In this document: piece after piece, positions 1 through 13,900 of the stretch | How positions within the stretch are numbered: the first letter of the stretch is position 1 | Layout: the number at the start of each line of letters is the position of its first letter | Assembly (NCBI GenBank): GCA_001949185.1 | Contig: BDGG01000006.1 | Span: forward strand, 478,827-542,826 | Length of the DNA stretch: 64,000 nt | From: Ramazzottius varieornatus | Lineage: Eukaryota > Animalia > Tardigrada | Direction: 5' to 3' | Program-made: the position numbers and the translations under genes | The notes under the pieces: model-generated | The model's database searches: none | Told to the model about the DNA's origin: nothing | The model's input: the letters and a program-made list of their open reading frames with translations, nothing else

Positions 1-2231
1 AGCTGTGCCCTCATCAGGGTTGTCTTTATAAAGCACGGTGTTACACTGGCTGCATTCCCTTGTTATAAGGTAAATTATCGCTAAAAACCTGGACGTACAC
101 ATTTTTGTAAGGTGTGAATTCTCTCAGTAGCATTTTATTGATGAATTCTTTTGTCGGACACGTTTTCCAGTATGGCGTACGCTCAAGTTGGGCAAGCCAG
201 GCACTTTGTGGTGTTACTAAACCGTTCTCAATTCAAACAAAGCAATCAGTCTGGATACGGAAAATTCGTTCGTGATCGCAAAAGGTATTGCGTTATCGCA
301 ATTCGCAGATAATTTGCGACATCACGGACATTTAAGACATCTGTCACGGTTCAAAACATGATGCCAGTTTACTTTCGCTCTTAAACAATGCCATGAATAT
401 GCATCCGTGCGCCTATGCGACCGCCAAATTATCTTCGGGCTTTCGCTAATTTCAAAAATCCCAAATTTGGGCGATATGCCTCCACACATACCATCCGCTC
501 AGGCCAACCTGTTACCATTCATCAAATCGAGCCAGCGTCGACTCGATTGATATTTCACTTCAAAACTAATTTTTCCCAGGTGGTAAGTCCTACAGTCCTA
601 CTTAATAGAGAAGTTGCACTTTGCACAGATGGTTTGAACAAACGACAGTTTGGACAAAACGATTGCATTTAGAAAAGTTTAAACATTCAAGATTTGTAAT
701 TCGCCTCGCGATTCCCGAAACGAGGGGGGGGGGCTTCGTTCGTGAATCACGAAGAAAATCACCCGTAGATTTCAAACATGAACGAGTTGCCGTCAGTAAT
801 GCTCTGGCTGGCCCGAAGCACTGGGAAGCGTAATCGGTGCCCGGGCAACACAGGGCCTCCACTCCGGACAATCAGTCAATCAGATTTGCATTTGAGCCGG
901 CTCTTCTTTAACTTAGTGGGCTAATTGCTGCTGAACAAACCACCATGACCAGCAGCGGTCGTTTGTCCCAACCTTTTCCTCAAACTCGCCCGCGTTGTGC
1001 AACTTCTCAAAGCTTCTAGCGAATGCTTTTATAAACTTCGATTTTCAACATTAATTAGTTCTCGATTGTTCAGACCATCTGCGCAAAGTGCAACTTCATT
1101 AATGCCTGCTGTAAAATTATCCGCGAGAAATCTGCTTCCGAACAGTGAGGATCGACAGTAATGTCGCCAAGGTGCACAGTGAAAAACGAACCAACTTTCT
1201 CAGCTTTCAAGTCCGTTTTCGGAAAATTGTTCTTCAGTTTTCCGTTGAAGTCCCGTATTACTGATGCTGTAAACAACTAGAACAAAGACTGAGCTACAGG
1301 AAATCTGGTCACAAGCTTGAATCTGCCGTTCTGGAAAAGAGCTAGAATTGTATCCCAAAGCGAGTTTTCCCGGCAGAACGGTCGAATTCGGAGGATTCAA
1401 CTTCATTGCCAAGTGTAGCCCAGATCTTTTTCGGTTTTCTTGTTTGTTCCCAACGGCTAGGATAGTGTCTGTCTGTTTACATCAAATTAGGGATGAAAAC
1501 TCACAGATGGAATTTTTTAGACTGCATTTCACTGGCCGCCGTACGTCTTCTCCAGCGGAAATCGTACTAATCAAGTTTTTCGAAGTGTTCGCTGGCACAA
1601 TTAAAGGGATCATGGCTCAGTGGGAGAAGTTGGAAAATTTTTATGGAAAGTGCGGAAGAAAGAATGGTAAGGCAGAAGCCCAATTTTTTCTTTGTCGAAA
1701 TGCCAGGTGGCAGCAAGCTGGCCTGAGCGGGGTGTAACTACATGTACAAAACAGATGAAAAATGTTCAAACTCCTCTCCTGACACTTAAACGCTCAATAA
1801 AGCCATTTTGGGCATATCGTCACGCTGAAAAATTGCAATGTTCAGGTTCAAAACGATTACTCCTACTTCGAATACAGTAACAGTAAAGAACTAAGAACTT
1901 ATCTTTTGGAATTTTCGAATGTACGGACTTGTCAATCAAGTTCATTTGATTTATTGACGTTTCGAGTGTGCGTACGTAAACCATTTCACGACGCAGTGAT
2001 AGAACTGTGTACCATGACATACTAGCATGACTGAACATCTTGGAAGGATTTTGACGTCGTACAACCGTTTTGGTTCTGCCTGTCTCAAACTTCCAATTCA
2101 TTGAAGTGGGGCAATTGTTTCAGTCACAACATCCGCCACGTTCATCGTCCACTCTCGCAGTTTCAACTGTCTCGTCAGTCTTGTCCAGTTGTGTTCCCAA
2201 CTTCCCATTCCTTCATCGCTCGACTGCAGGC

Positions 2232-4714
2232 ATGTCCCTTTCCGGGACCACTTTTCGATGGCTGGACATTCTGGAAGCCGAATTCGATCGCAGTAAGTCA
2301 ATGTTCGCATGCGTTGAATTAAACATTTATTTTTCCACCCAAGTATCATTCTCGACTTTCAGCTTTTGTGGAGGTGGATCAAATTCTCATCATCCCTGAC
2401 ACTGAGCTGGAATACGTTGTGGGACCTGTGCGTGAACGAATGGCCAAGCTGTGTGCCATCTTCGCCCAGTTGACGGACAAGACGCAGACCATCTTCCAGA
2501 CAAATGCAAAGCTTGAGGTAATGCGTTCACAGCCATAGCTTGATTGATGGATGAAATGGTACCCAGTCAAACAAACTCGACAAACTTCTTTCCAAGAGGC
2601 GTAATCACGCAGGCAGTCGGCTAATAACATTAAAGGATGCGCCACTTGGGACTTGACAAGGTCCCTGTTGCAGGTGGCGCAGGCTTTCGGCCACTAACAT
2701 GGAGATGGTGCGCCACTTGGGAAAACAATCCTGTCGAGTTTCTTTACCTACTGCTGTTATGATCGACTGATTTTCTGCTAACAGGCGCAGCTTTGCAATG
2801 TACGGAGGGATCTCATCGAAGCACAAGCACAGAAGAGTGTGATAGAACAAGAACATCGGAAACTGCTGTTTGAATACCACAGATCACAAGTGGAGAACGC
2901 CAGGGAACGAGGACAAGGTGGACCGGAAGAAACGGAAGCCGAGTCCATTCTACATCGACTGGTATCACGAATTTTCGCACATGTAATTATATTATCTCAA
3001 GGAAGTTTTGGGCGTATTTTTAGACTAATGGCAAGGGATCGTTATCGGCAGTTTCGCTTGACGAAGCTCGGTTAGGTGCCGAAGTGAACCAGCTGCGGAA
3101 AGAGAATGTCCAGCTGCGAGAATGGCTGGTCGATTTACAGAGTGATCTGTTCGGAGCGAACTTGGCTACAAAATACCTCGATAAAGAACTTGCTGGAAGG
3201 TTCGTATTGCAATCGTTGTACTCTAGTTTCCCCGTAAGATCGGACAAAAATAATTGCGAACCCTACAAACAAACTCGACATTCGACAACATGGCTTCTCC
3301 GAGTGGCGTACGCTTCCAGCCGTCAACACCGAAACTGTTCGCCACTTGGAAAACAAGATCGACTGGCTCGCTTTTCCACGTGGCGCACGCTGTCAGCCAC
3401 ACAGGATACATGCGCCACATGGGAGAAGTGTTTCGTTGACTTCGTTTGCTCATCTCCCAATTTTTTTCGGTGGCATAAAACATCAAGACGCAGCGAACAT
3501 GATTTTTCTTTTGTTGCAGAATTCAGCAAATTCAGTTGTTGTCTCGAGACCCAAAAGGCAAAGAAAATCTCAAGTTATGGGATCACCTCGAATCAGAAAT
3601 CAACTTACAAAGGCACAAGACGGTAATTCTGGCGTCCAATGCAGCTCTACTCGCTATTTTCCTACGGTGTTTTGTACTTGTGGGTTCTCTGCTGAAACTG
3701 ACCACATTCTATCTTGCAGATTATCCAAGCTTGCCGGTCAAGAGCCAAAACGAAACCTCGTTTGAAACAAGAATCCCAACAGATAGTAGACGAAGAATAC
3801 ACCACCGAGACCTCAAGCGCCGCCGTGAACGGCCACTCTCCTCAAGATGCATCCGCCGCTTCCGGCGTCCTGCGACAGGTCGAAATTTACAAAGAACCCG
3901 GCAAAGGCCTCGGACTTGTCATCACGGTAAGCCGTTTCTGCTGTATTCTCCGTGTCTCTCAGGACCTTGTGTATCACGACCCACATCAGGTACCATAATA
4001 TTACGTTGTAGGGCGGCTTCGAGCACGGCGTACCTGTACTCATTTCCGACGTCAAAGAAGGCCAACTGGCCGCGGTCAGCGGAAAATTCTTCGTCGGCGA
4101 CGCCATCCTGTCTGTCAATGGTGTTGACCTGAGGAGGGCCAAGCACTCCGAAGCTGTCCAGATACTCTCACAACTCGTAAGAAATTTTCGTTGCCTAGTG
4201 TTTTCATGAAAGGGTTTTAACCCAAATTATGATCTGCGGAAGCCCAAGTCGACAAGATCGTTTTTCGAAGTGGCGCATTCTTTCAGCTGATAAGTCTGAG
4301 AAAGTGCGCCACTTTTGATAGGCGAAAGTTTTGTTTCCCCAGCTGGCGCAGGTCGTCAGTGTTACAGATTGAATCCATGCGCCACTTGGGAAACACCTTG
4401 TGGAGTTCATTTGCTGAGCTCCCTTGGGAAGTCTGTTGAGGTTACTCGATCGCTTTCAGGAAGGGAATATTCACTTCGAGCTGTTGTACCTACAGCCCGA
4501 GTCTGACGAAGACTCAGTGGGTAGTTTCAGTTTCCCCGTGGAGAAGAATGGCTCGAGCGACAGCCTTCGTCCTCTGAACCGGTCAGTCTCCCAGAACTCG
4601 GAAGCCGAAGCCGGCAGCTGTCTTAGCATCCGACGGCGGAGTCGCTTTCCCGGCTACGCTGTCAATATCGCCTCCCAACCCAACCAGCTCGATCAAGTAG
4701 AAACTTCACCTTAA
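2232..4714 (+). CDS. GOPC: Golgi-associated PDZ and coiled-coil motif protein (GOPC/PIST/CAL), 8 exons
   Basis: Manual splicing, all GT-AG: 2232-2292, 2363-2517, 2785-2961, 3024-3199, 3520-3622, 3720-3926, 4012-4176, 4460-4714. Gives [39 protein letters not shown] and a PDZ domain ([35 protein letters not shown]), all characteristic of GOPC. Confidence 0.93.
2568..2748. repeat. Palindromic-module element, 2 modules, GOPC intron 2
   Basis: caaacaaactcgacaa..ccaagaggcg..gcgccacttggg..ggtggcgcagg..gtgcgccacttggga..cctgtcgagttt. Confidence 0.8.
3266..3450. repeat. Palindromic-module element, 2 modules, GOPC intron 4
   Basis: gagtggcgtacg..ttcgccacttgg and cgtggcgcacg..atgcgccacatgg, with actcgaca-type ends. 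Confidence 0.8.
4236..4423. repeat. Palindromic-module element, 2 modules, GOPC intron 7
   Basis: aagtggcgca..gtgcgccactt and ctggcgcagg..tgcgccacttggg; right end tttgctgagctccc. Confidence 0.8.
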
Positions 4715-4734
4715 GTTCTTTTGTATGTTCCCTA

Positions 4735-5039
4735 TAGAAGGCTCGGCGAAACTAAAATAAGCCGCTTTAGCCGTTCTTCGCCGTGACTAAAAATATTTTA
4801 GCCGCGGCTAAAGCAACTAAAATACTTTTCTCCACGGCTAAAATGTATTGTGTGTTCGATTGATTCATTGATGTGGAGTCGGCTAAAATAGTTTTGGCAT
4901 GAATAAATCATTCGAACGNNNNNNNNNNNNNNNNNNNNNNNNNNNNNNNNNNNNNNNNNNNNNNNNNNCCGCGGCTACATATTTTAGCCACGGCTAAGAA
5001 TGGCTAAAACGGCTTATTTTAGCTTCGCCGAGCCTTCTA
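4735..5039. mobile_element. TA-flanked MITE with long imperfect TIRs just 3' of the GOPC stop (contains assembly gap 4919-4968)
   Basis: TA|tagaaggctcggcgaaactaaaataagccg ... cggcttattttagcttcgccgagccttcta|TA; about 70 bp of inverted repeat; internal tagccg/cggcta repeats. Confidence 0.8.
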
Positions 5040-6050
5040 TAATATTCCATCGCACTTTTTTGTAAAACATTATTTTGTCAGGCCTTTCTTTTATCATCTT
5101 TTATACTGTCTGAGACTTTCTCCCCTGCTCGGTGCGCTAAGTTAGATTATTTACTGCATGATATGAATCTTTTTAATTTCAACGCAGTGCCTTACGAGTA
5201 CGTCAATTTTTTTTCCGGTTGAACTACCATATTGTTTGGTATTCATATACAAATACCGAAGAGGTTTATTAGAATGCGTATAACGTAAGTTATTGCGGAA
5301 GCCAAGCGACGAAAGCTTGAGTAAAAAAAGGCAGCAATGAGGCGGAGATTATTGTCCGAAGAAAGCACCGATAAACGCAACGGTAGACCAAAGAAAAGAT
5401 ACTGTACTGCAGACTCTGCAAGATTAACGAAATACTCTGACAATTTTTCTGGCAAGGGTCAATGGCAAAAACTGGTACGAATAAAACTGGAAAAGTGGAA
5501 CAGATAAAAAATAAAAAAGCTTGGGGAGGAAAGCATGACAATATGTAAGGCCTCACTTTCAGTATCTTTTCAGCAACCACCCAAATCAGGAAGTGGGTCT
5601 TTCATTTCTGGATTCTTTCTTTCGGGACGAACAAGATCTTGGATGCTTTTCCACGTTCCGGAGAACCTTCTGTCAGCAGGACAATGGCAAGCGAGGAGAT
5701 CGCGCAGCAGCGTTGAGACGATGGATTACATGAGCGAGAACACTGTTTGATTGGGGGAATGCAGGACTTTTGATCATGACATACTGTAATCATGGCAGTA
5801 TGGTGTAGAGCAGAAACCTTGGCAGTGATGCACTGGACCGTTGGCCGTACGAATGTGAGCTAAGATGAAAGCCGAACGAAAACTGACACCAGACGAACGA
5901 ACGAACGACAGCAAACAGTCAAAATCGACCGGGTCGTTGCATTAGGCTTCCATGATGAAGCCCGGAGGATATTTACTGGAGCAGATAAACCAGGAAATGT
6001 GGACCAGGTTATACCATTCAGCGCAGTGAGTACTTGGAAATGATTCTTCA

Positions 6051-6170
6051 CGGAACGAAGAGCTTGACAAGATGATTCCCCAAAGTGGCGCACATTACCG
6101 GTGTAATTCGCAGGTGAAGTGCGCCAGCTGAGAAACCGGCTGTGAGGAATGAGATCGTCGGAATGAGTTG
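6051..6170. repeat. Palindromic-module element, 1 module, just downstream of the zinc-finger gene stop
   Basis: ttgacaagatg..aaagtggcgcaca..agtgcgccagctg. Confidence 0.65.
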
Positions 6171-6175
6171 GGCAC

Positions 6176-9100
6176 TCAATAGCGCGGTGGAATAAGCCCG
6201 TCCTTTCGCATGTCTTCCGGCAGCATGGTGGGTAAGGCGTTGGGATAGCCGTTGAAGGAGTTGCGCATGGCGTGGACGTTGCTCAGGGTGGAGAAGGGGT
6301 CGGCGGGGTTGAGGTGGGCCGTGACGGGCTTCTTGTTCTCCGGCAGGCCGTTGTGGCCGAACTTCATGCCGTTGAAGGTGTCGGGGTAGCACGTACCGTT
6401 GCGGCCTGAAGCAGACAGGGCGGAGAAGGCCGAACCCATGGTCTTAGGATGGCTGTAGACGGTCTCGTAGCCGTTCTGGGGAGCGTACTGATTTTGGATG
6501 GCGTGCTGCGCCGGATAACCGGGGTACCCGTAGGCGTGATTATAGGACATCAGCAGATCTTCCTGGGAGAGTCGATGAGCGACGTGGTCCATGGAGCCGA
6601 CGTACTCCTGCTTTGGCCAGTAGGTTTCACCTGCAAAACGACCATCCATCAGTACACCAAACCTGGTACGAACCCCGGTGTGTCTCCACGAAATTGCTGT
6701 TCTTTTGACAACACCGCGCCACCTGTGGGCACAATTTATTCACCCTGACATGGGTACGCACTCTATAATGTGAATCGTAGGGCTTAGTGCGCCACTAACC
6801 GCTGTACTTGTTCACCGTAGTTTAGTGGCGCACCAGGCAGTTCCAGCTGCATTGCCGAGTGCGCCACCATGGCGAAAGAGATTTCGATTGCCATCTGTGA
6901 GCCAGGAAGTGGCTTACCGGTAGTTTTGACGTGCGCCAGTGCGTGGCGCTGCTTCTCAATTTTGTCGGTGTGTTTGGCCATGTGTCGCTGCAGGTAGGTC
7001 TCCTGAGTGTAGGACTTGCCGCAAAAGTGGCAGATGTGCGTCTTGAGGTGCTTGGAGTCCTTGTGCTTGGGGATATGTTCCAACAGGGTCTGCTCGTCGA
7101 AGAAGCACTTGTAGCAGCTGTTGCACTTGAAAGGCTTGTCCGTCTGATGGCAACGCGAATGCGACTGTAGGTTGCTCAACTGCGAGAAGGCTTTGGTACA
7201 GTTGGGCTGTGGGCATTTGTAGGGCTTGTCACCTGTGGACAAAAGATCGTAGAAAAACAGAGCTCTTTGAAGGACTACTCACTGCGCATAAACTGCAGCT
7301 CAGTTGTGGTGAAGATGGCCTACCGGTATGGGTGCGATGATGTTGCTGCAGATGGGAAAGCTGTGTGAACTTCTTTTTGCAGACTTCGCAGTGGTACGGT
7401 TTGATGCCGAGGTGGATGCGCATGTGTTGGGACAAGTAGGAGGAATTGGCAAAGGACTTGGTGCATTGCTGGCACTTGTAGGGCTTGGGTTCGCGCATGT
7501 GTGACTGAACATGCATCTGGTACTCGGTCTTTGAATCCAACACCTGCAACAAAAGTATCAATACAGATTATTCCCTCTCCATAAAATTCAAACGTACTGC
7601 AGTAAAAGTTTAACACCGTTATTTCAAACGCCGTGACATCTCTTCCCAAATTTTTTTCATATTTGTGCCACATTATCAATAGAATCCCAATCCGGATGCG
7701 GTGTGTTTTGTGTCAGAAATTTCTGAGTGACAAGTGAGCTTCGGGAACTTTCTTGCATATATAGGACATTTTGGTTTAGAACAATGCGTGACTGCTTATG
7801 ACTTTGAGATCTTCTGATAAAACGTGGTGATTTGTCATCGAACGATGTGTTTAGAACGATAAAATTGTTACAATATTGTCCAGATGCTTGTCTGCGTTCG
7901 AGGTTCGGCGAACCTTCCAAAGTTCACCAGCTACCAACATCGCTCTTGACACGACGATCATGTAGGCATGCACGCGGTCGAGGCACCCTACATCCTGTAA
8001 GTATTGCCAAATTTCTTCTCGGAAATCTGTCATATCAAACTGAATTTGACGCCACAGTGGAATGTGTTGTTATTATGACTGTAAAGAAACCATTCTCTTT
8101 TATGGTGTTCTGACGACCCAAATATGCGGCGCATTCAACTCGAACATTACTTTAACATGGTAACACAGCTTGAAGCATTTAGTTCGGCTTTTCGGCTGTA
8201 ACGGCGGCCGCCGTAAAAAGTCGGCTGCTTCACGATATCCGTCAATCAATCAACCGTTGACTGTAGCTACACTTCCTTGACAGTTTGGAGTAAGCTTGAG
8301 GTGTAAAGAGATAAGAGAGTTGGGTTTTTCCTACGATGCATCGCTGTATTTTTCCCGATAAGTTTTTTATCGGGAAAAATCCTGTCGATGGGGAAACGAT
8401 GGGGAAACGATGGAGAAACGATGGGGAAACGATGGGGAAACGATGGAAATCTAGAAGGTCTTGGATGGGTGTTTACGATAAGCAGATTTTGATACATTTG
8501 CTTACGAAACAGGCATCTAAACGGACATCAAGCCTGCATTGTTTTTTACTTCCCCTTCCGCGACACCAATGACCGATAACCTATAGTCCAATGTTCAACC
8601 ATGAAATATTTGACCAGAATCTCAGCATACCCTCATTTTACCAACTGGATTAATCGGTGAACAGAAAAGGAAATTAGTTGAAGAATTAAGAAAAGAAGAC
8701 ACCACTATCAGGCTTAACATGAAAACATCGTAGGAAAAAACCGCGAATTTTCGGAAGCCCAACCGGAAACTCAATGAACGACCCGCAATATTTCCACTAC
8801 AAAGTGCGCTTGTGGTTTACCTTAATTTATTTTATCACCTCGTTTGCTAAAATTTTTCCAAATTTTACCGCGGTCAGACTAAATTTAAAAGCAGGTGAAA
8901 ACTCTACGTAAGTTAAGTAGGTACCGCATTTCTTCCTGTTTTACCCTGCATTTCAAATTTTGGCAGCAAACTTTTATGGGAGCAATTAGCAAGACTTTCA
9001 CAGGTGTGAAGGATGAGCGATTGACGCTAATTGCTGTCGAGTATAATTTGGCAGTAGTTGACGGGCGGCTGGCGGAGAACAATCCGGTTTGTGTTGGTAC

Positions 9101-10962
9101 CTGTCGGCGCGGCTGTGACTGTCATGTTCGTTCCAAAAAGCCATCCATGCGAGCCACTTTTGCGCCGCCTTGCTGAGCACGACTCATAACACAGTCCCCC
9201 TTCTACCATGTTGTGGGCCTTCCTTCCTTCCTACCTTCCATTTTAATGGACGGAAGGCCAGAACATCGAACACAGTCAGTCAGTGTGTGTGGACAGGTAA
9301 CAACAGCCATCATCATGGAGGAAGGAAAAGTAGCAATTATCCACATGACCACACTTCACTCTTTCCTCACCACTCAAGCGAACCCTCCGCGTTCGAACCA
9401 ACGCTAGATTTTGGCAAAGAACGAGCACGCAGCAACCTTGTAACAGCCTTGCCTTGTAATACTACCCGGCTTTCTGGCAACGTGCTCAGTCATGCCAGCA
9501 GCAGTCGATCCCTACGCACAAACATCCTCGACGAAATTATCCAAGAGAAACGAACACAAAATCAACACTTTCTTAACACCTCACGCCCTCCACTACATCA
9601 ATCAACTGTCGCCGTGCTACCGCCATAGTTTCTGGGCTATCCTGAAATTATCTATCCACTAGACTGTAATCTAAACATATTTTTGGTCGTGACCTGTTGT
9701 ATAGAGAAAATCTAAAAGTTTTATCCGAAAACAATACTTCCTCGGACCGATTTGAGAGTGACCATCATCAATTATGAATTTTCGCTTCACTTTGTATCCC
9801 TCATACGCCTACTTCAATATCCGTTTGATCTCATTCAACTTCTGTTTTTTACAGTTTTTCCTTTTTTACAAAATGTGATTATGGTTACTTGGATAAATGC
9901 GAATTGTGCGTAGGTGGTTCCGCAAAAAAACTTTCAAAACTTTGGCTTTTAGATATTAATGAGCTCACAGCGGCGGCTGGAAACCGTTTATAATTATTTG
10001 CCCAGTTTTTATTCCGACTGCTGTACCTGACTGCACATCTTGCAGGGGTGTTTGCGTCCTCCGATGGCTTTTCCCATTGGGTGTTGCATGAAGCCTGGCA
10101 TGGTCATTGCATTGGCATTGCCCAGGACATTCTGCATCTGCATGGCGCGGGAGGCGTGGTGCATTTGGCCGAAAAGGTCACCGTTCTCTTCTACGTCACC
10201 ATTGAGCATGTCGATAGCGCCTAGAGAAAATGGGCACGAAAAACAGATAGACAGTTATTATCCCGTCGGTATGCAAAAAGTCAAGCGGGCAAAAAGTTTT
10301 CATGCCGAAATGATCAGCACAGACACGGCGGTTAGGCCGCAATGACCAAAGAGCAAAAAGCACCGTGACGAGGAAACCAAGGGAAAAAAGCATAACTGCT
10401 TCGACCGAAGCGCCCCGTATCGAATACTCCGTACCTTTGCTTGTGGCCGTCGGGTTACCCTGGTTCAGGTTCAACTTGTAATTATTGATGGCGTTCTGCA
10501 ACCAAGACAAAAAATGGACACTGTATCGCAAAAAGCTATATTACTGTCCTGTCAACTGCCCATTATCGACCAATCTGCCTTTCGATTGTCTTGACCTGCT
10601 CCATCAGAAAAAACCATCCCAACTTCAGTACGAAACAGATTAATTTTCTCGGAAAAAAGAGTTGGAGATGTTCCTTGGACCATGTTGAGGCTTTCCAGCT
10701 GTACCTAAATTTGAATTTGATCAAAAATATACTTTCGCCTTACACTATCATCTTTTACAATACTACAGTCTACTACAATATTTCGACACCTTGCTTCGTT
10801 TCTGTTACTGGACACTGCTTCGACAGGAAGGGGACTTTGGCAGTATTTCCACGTTGCGATCATTTGACTTACGTGGAATTCTAGGGCGTTAGAATTTTGA
10901 TTCCAGACTGAGGTTAAGCGTTGTTGGTGCTGTTGCATGACGTCAAGTTCGGATACGGCCAT
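6176..10962 (-). CDS. C2H2 zinc-finger transcription factor, lin-29/rotund/squeeze/datilografo (ZNF384-like) family, 6 fingers
   Basis: Exons (minus) 10962-10873, 10495-10435, 10220-10027, 7543-7324, 7232-6918, 6630-6176 splice in frame. Fingers include KPYKCQQCTKSFANSSYLSQHMRIHLGIKPY, FTQLSHLQQHHRTHTGDKPYKC, FSQLSNLQSHSRCHQTDKPFKCNSCYKCF and HIPKHKDSKHLKTHIC..CGKSYTQETYL, the signature of this family. Confidence 0.92.
6785..6875. repeat. Diverged relative of the palindromic-module element in the last zinc-finger gene intron
   Basis: gtgcgccactaa..ttagtggcgcac..gtgcgccacca. Confidence 0.5.
8386..8449. repeat. 11-bp minisatellite (cgatggggaaa), about 5.5 copies, intronic
   Basis: cgatggggaaa cgatggggaaa cgatggagaaa cgatggggaaa cgatggggaaa cgatggaaa. 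Confidence 0.9.
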
Positions 10963-13900
10963 TTACACGTAGTTTCCTCCCCGCAGTGGGTGACCGCAAG
11001 AGCTCGAGCCTCGATGGAGATTCACAGGCGTGCGATGTGCAGCGTACTGTCCAAGCGCGCAGCCGCAAGACTGGACAAAAAGCGGGCTGAAAAAGCAACA
11101 GTGATAACGCAATATCAAATAAAAAGTGGACGCAAGGGTAAGCAAAAAACAAACACAGACTACGCTGAATATATATATCATGCACAGGCAGGCACGACCA
11201 CAGCGCTACATGCTTCCTTCGCTTCTTTGCTTCGGTCGGGTTCGACGGGCAAATCTGACAGCAACATCTGATCAAAAGGCTAGTACAGCCCCCGAAGACC
11301 GTACATCAAAACATACTGGTACACAGTGGAGTTTTTTGTTTGGACCAAAGACCCCAGAAAAGAAATCGACTGCCGCTTTCTGCTCAGTCTCTGAACATGG
11401 GCGGGTTAACCAGCTGCTGTGCTCAACCCAACCTGCCGTCAATCAATGACGCTCTTTGTTCGGAAAATTTTTGACCCGTTGCAATTGAACCGAAAAATTC
11501 TGGATCTCTAGAAGAGCCCAACTAGAGAAATTAAAATATGGATTTGAGGATTGTGGAAAAGATCCAAATTCAACTGTATTATAAATCTCCAAAGAACATT
11601 CTGAAATATGCAGAATGAGCTGGGAAATTTGTCTGATAGGGAATATCATAGCAAAGTGGCGCTTTGTGATACTTGTCTAAGCCAATTTTGGGGAAGCCTA
11701 GAACCTTGGCACCATTAATTGAGTAGAGTAATGTCGGTTGATTGGTAAGTTGGCAGAAAGACGTACCGACCTTTTTTGCTGACCGTTAGACGACTTTCAA
11801 TGGGATTCACTGATCACTGGCTATGCAGATCGTTTGATTAAGCAAAGGTAGGACTGAAAAAGCGTCTAGCGGGGCAAAAAAGAGGGGGACAAAAAGGTCG
11901 AGAAAAAGATACAAGCGCGCGTATTCATCAAGGCGTCAAATGGCTCAATGGGAAAGCGGTGATTTGGAATGGATATGATACAAAGAGTTCCATACACTGT
12001 ATGAAAGTGCAAAAAGTGGCCACTATCAGACTTGACTACCCTTCACGCCAATGGACAAATCACCCAAGCTTGTTTGCATAAAGGTAAAGGTACAACGCCG
12101 AAAAGAAGGTAGGCGGGAAGGAACAGGTATTCAACAAGTGGTTTCGCCACCGACATCTCATCTACCAATCACAAAAGCAGATAGCGCAACCAATATCATC
12201 ATATTCCGTGTCACGTCAAGAATTATACGAGCCGTACTGTGGTACTAACTTAAGAAGGAAAGCACGCCATGTAGCAAGAGCGCGGCACATTGGTTCCTCG
12301 AGCTCGTTCGCCGTCGCTGGCGGACACCTGCCCTCCATACTGGCCAATCTGCTCTGCAGGCTGACGTCATGCAAAATGCACTTATCCCACTATCCGTGTT
12401 TTACCAGTGACTGGATAATTATAATGATTTCGTACGGAACTGTTGACCCCTCACATGACACGACCCTTCGTAATGAAAGAAGGAAGACACCTTCCGCTGC
12501 GAGCTTTGGAAAGAAAACAATCAATATCGAGGACATCCGTGGTGAAGTCACAGAATCAGATTAGCGTTCCCGTTTTTCTTCTGCTGAGTTTCCGGTTGCA
12601 ATTTTCGGCATTAATTTTTTCTACACTGTTTTTAATTTCACAATAGGTGCTCATACTAAAGCATTTGTGGCCATTCCGTGTCCACGGATAATGCTTTTGT
12701 TAGAATTCTGGGGCCAAAGTCCAGACTGGATGAAAGGATAAAACTACTGTGATGGTTTCAGCGGATGTCGGTGGAGGGACGGAGGTGTAAAGGGAGGATA
12801 GATGGTGTCAGGTTGTGCTGAGCAGTAGGCGTCGGACTCCATCGGAATGGATCCATCCGGCCACGTGGCCAGACACGACCTGTCTCATTCACAGTACATG
12901 ACGCCCGTCAGCCGCCGATAATTATCGTGTCAGGAAAACCGACCAGCACCAACAGTCTAGTGCTGCCACCTAGAGTGGTCAACCGTATTCCACTTGCTTG
13001 AGAATTCCATCTCGACATTTTACAAGAAGACACCCGTATGCCAGCTTGTGTCAGTGTACATCTTGGCACGAGCTAGGCGTGGGCTACAAGGGGGCAACAC
13101 AATATACGCTTGTACATTCTGTCACTGACGGTGACAGCCTCCTTTCTCCTGCCCTGTAATTGTCAAAACTGCACCGCTCCCCAGGTAGATAATAAATAAT
13201 GTTCAACTTGAACAACCCCGTTCTTGGCATCAAAGTATCGTCGGAATTGGTCAAGAGCAAAGATGCCATTCTGCCTACGCTGCCTCATCTTAGAGCTGTC
13301 TACACCAGAAATTTAAATCTCGCACTAAACTTTCTCATCATATGCTTTTTCTTACCACGGCCTTTTTCCAGGAGAATCTTCTGGTTCCTCGTACCAATAC
13401 AAAAATTAATATTCCACGAGAGACATGCGAACCACGGAGGCAGAGTAAAATAACACAGGTCTATATATCAGGAAAATTGATCAGCCGGGAAAATTTCTGG
13501 ATTCCATTGCAGCCATCAAAGAGGAATATCCAGCCAACGTAGACGATAGACAGCTACAAAATTCAAAGTATCCAAAAGGCATATCCAGCAAGCAAGCCAT
13601 AAACAAGATGTTTACAAACTGCAGCCGTGCAACAAGTGATGTGGATCAACAAGTGTTGCCTTCATCCATTGGGTCCCTCAATCATCTCTGGTACCCGTGC
13701 AGCTATACACTTCAGGCAGAACGAAGGGAGAGAACACACGTCGCTCAAAATAGCTCAAGAGCGATAGCAGCTGCATCATGCATCGCTTGCTCACTCCAAC
13801 CTGCCTTTGTTTGGCCTGAGAATATTCAACCATGAGAAAAAACTGGAAGGTTATGACGAGCGATAATGAAAGCTATGTTGTTCGATAAGGGGAGAACCTG

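Noticed and set aside
1-2100. Short ORFs before GOPC
   Set aside because: No recognisable protein motifs or coherent exon chain.
4919-4968. Runs of N here and at 18733-18782
   Set aside because: Fixed 50-N scaffold gaps inside inverted repeats; assembly artefacts rather than biology.
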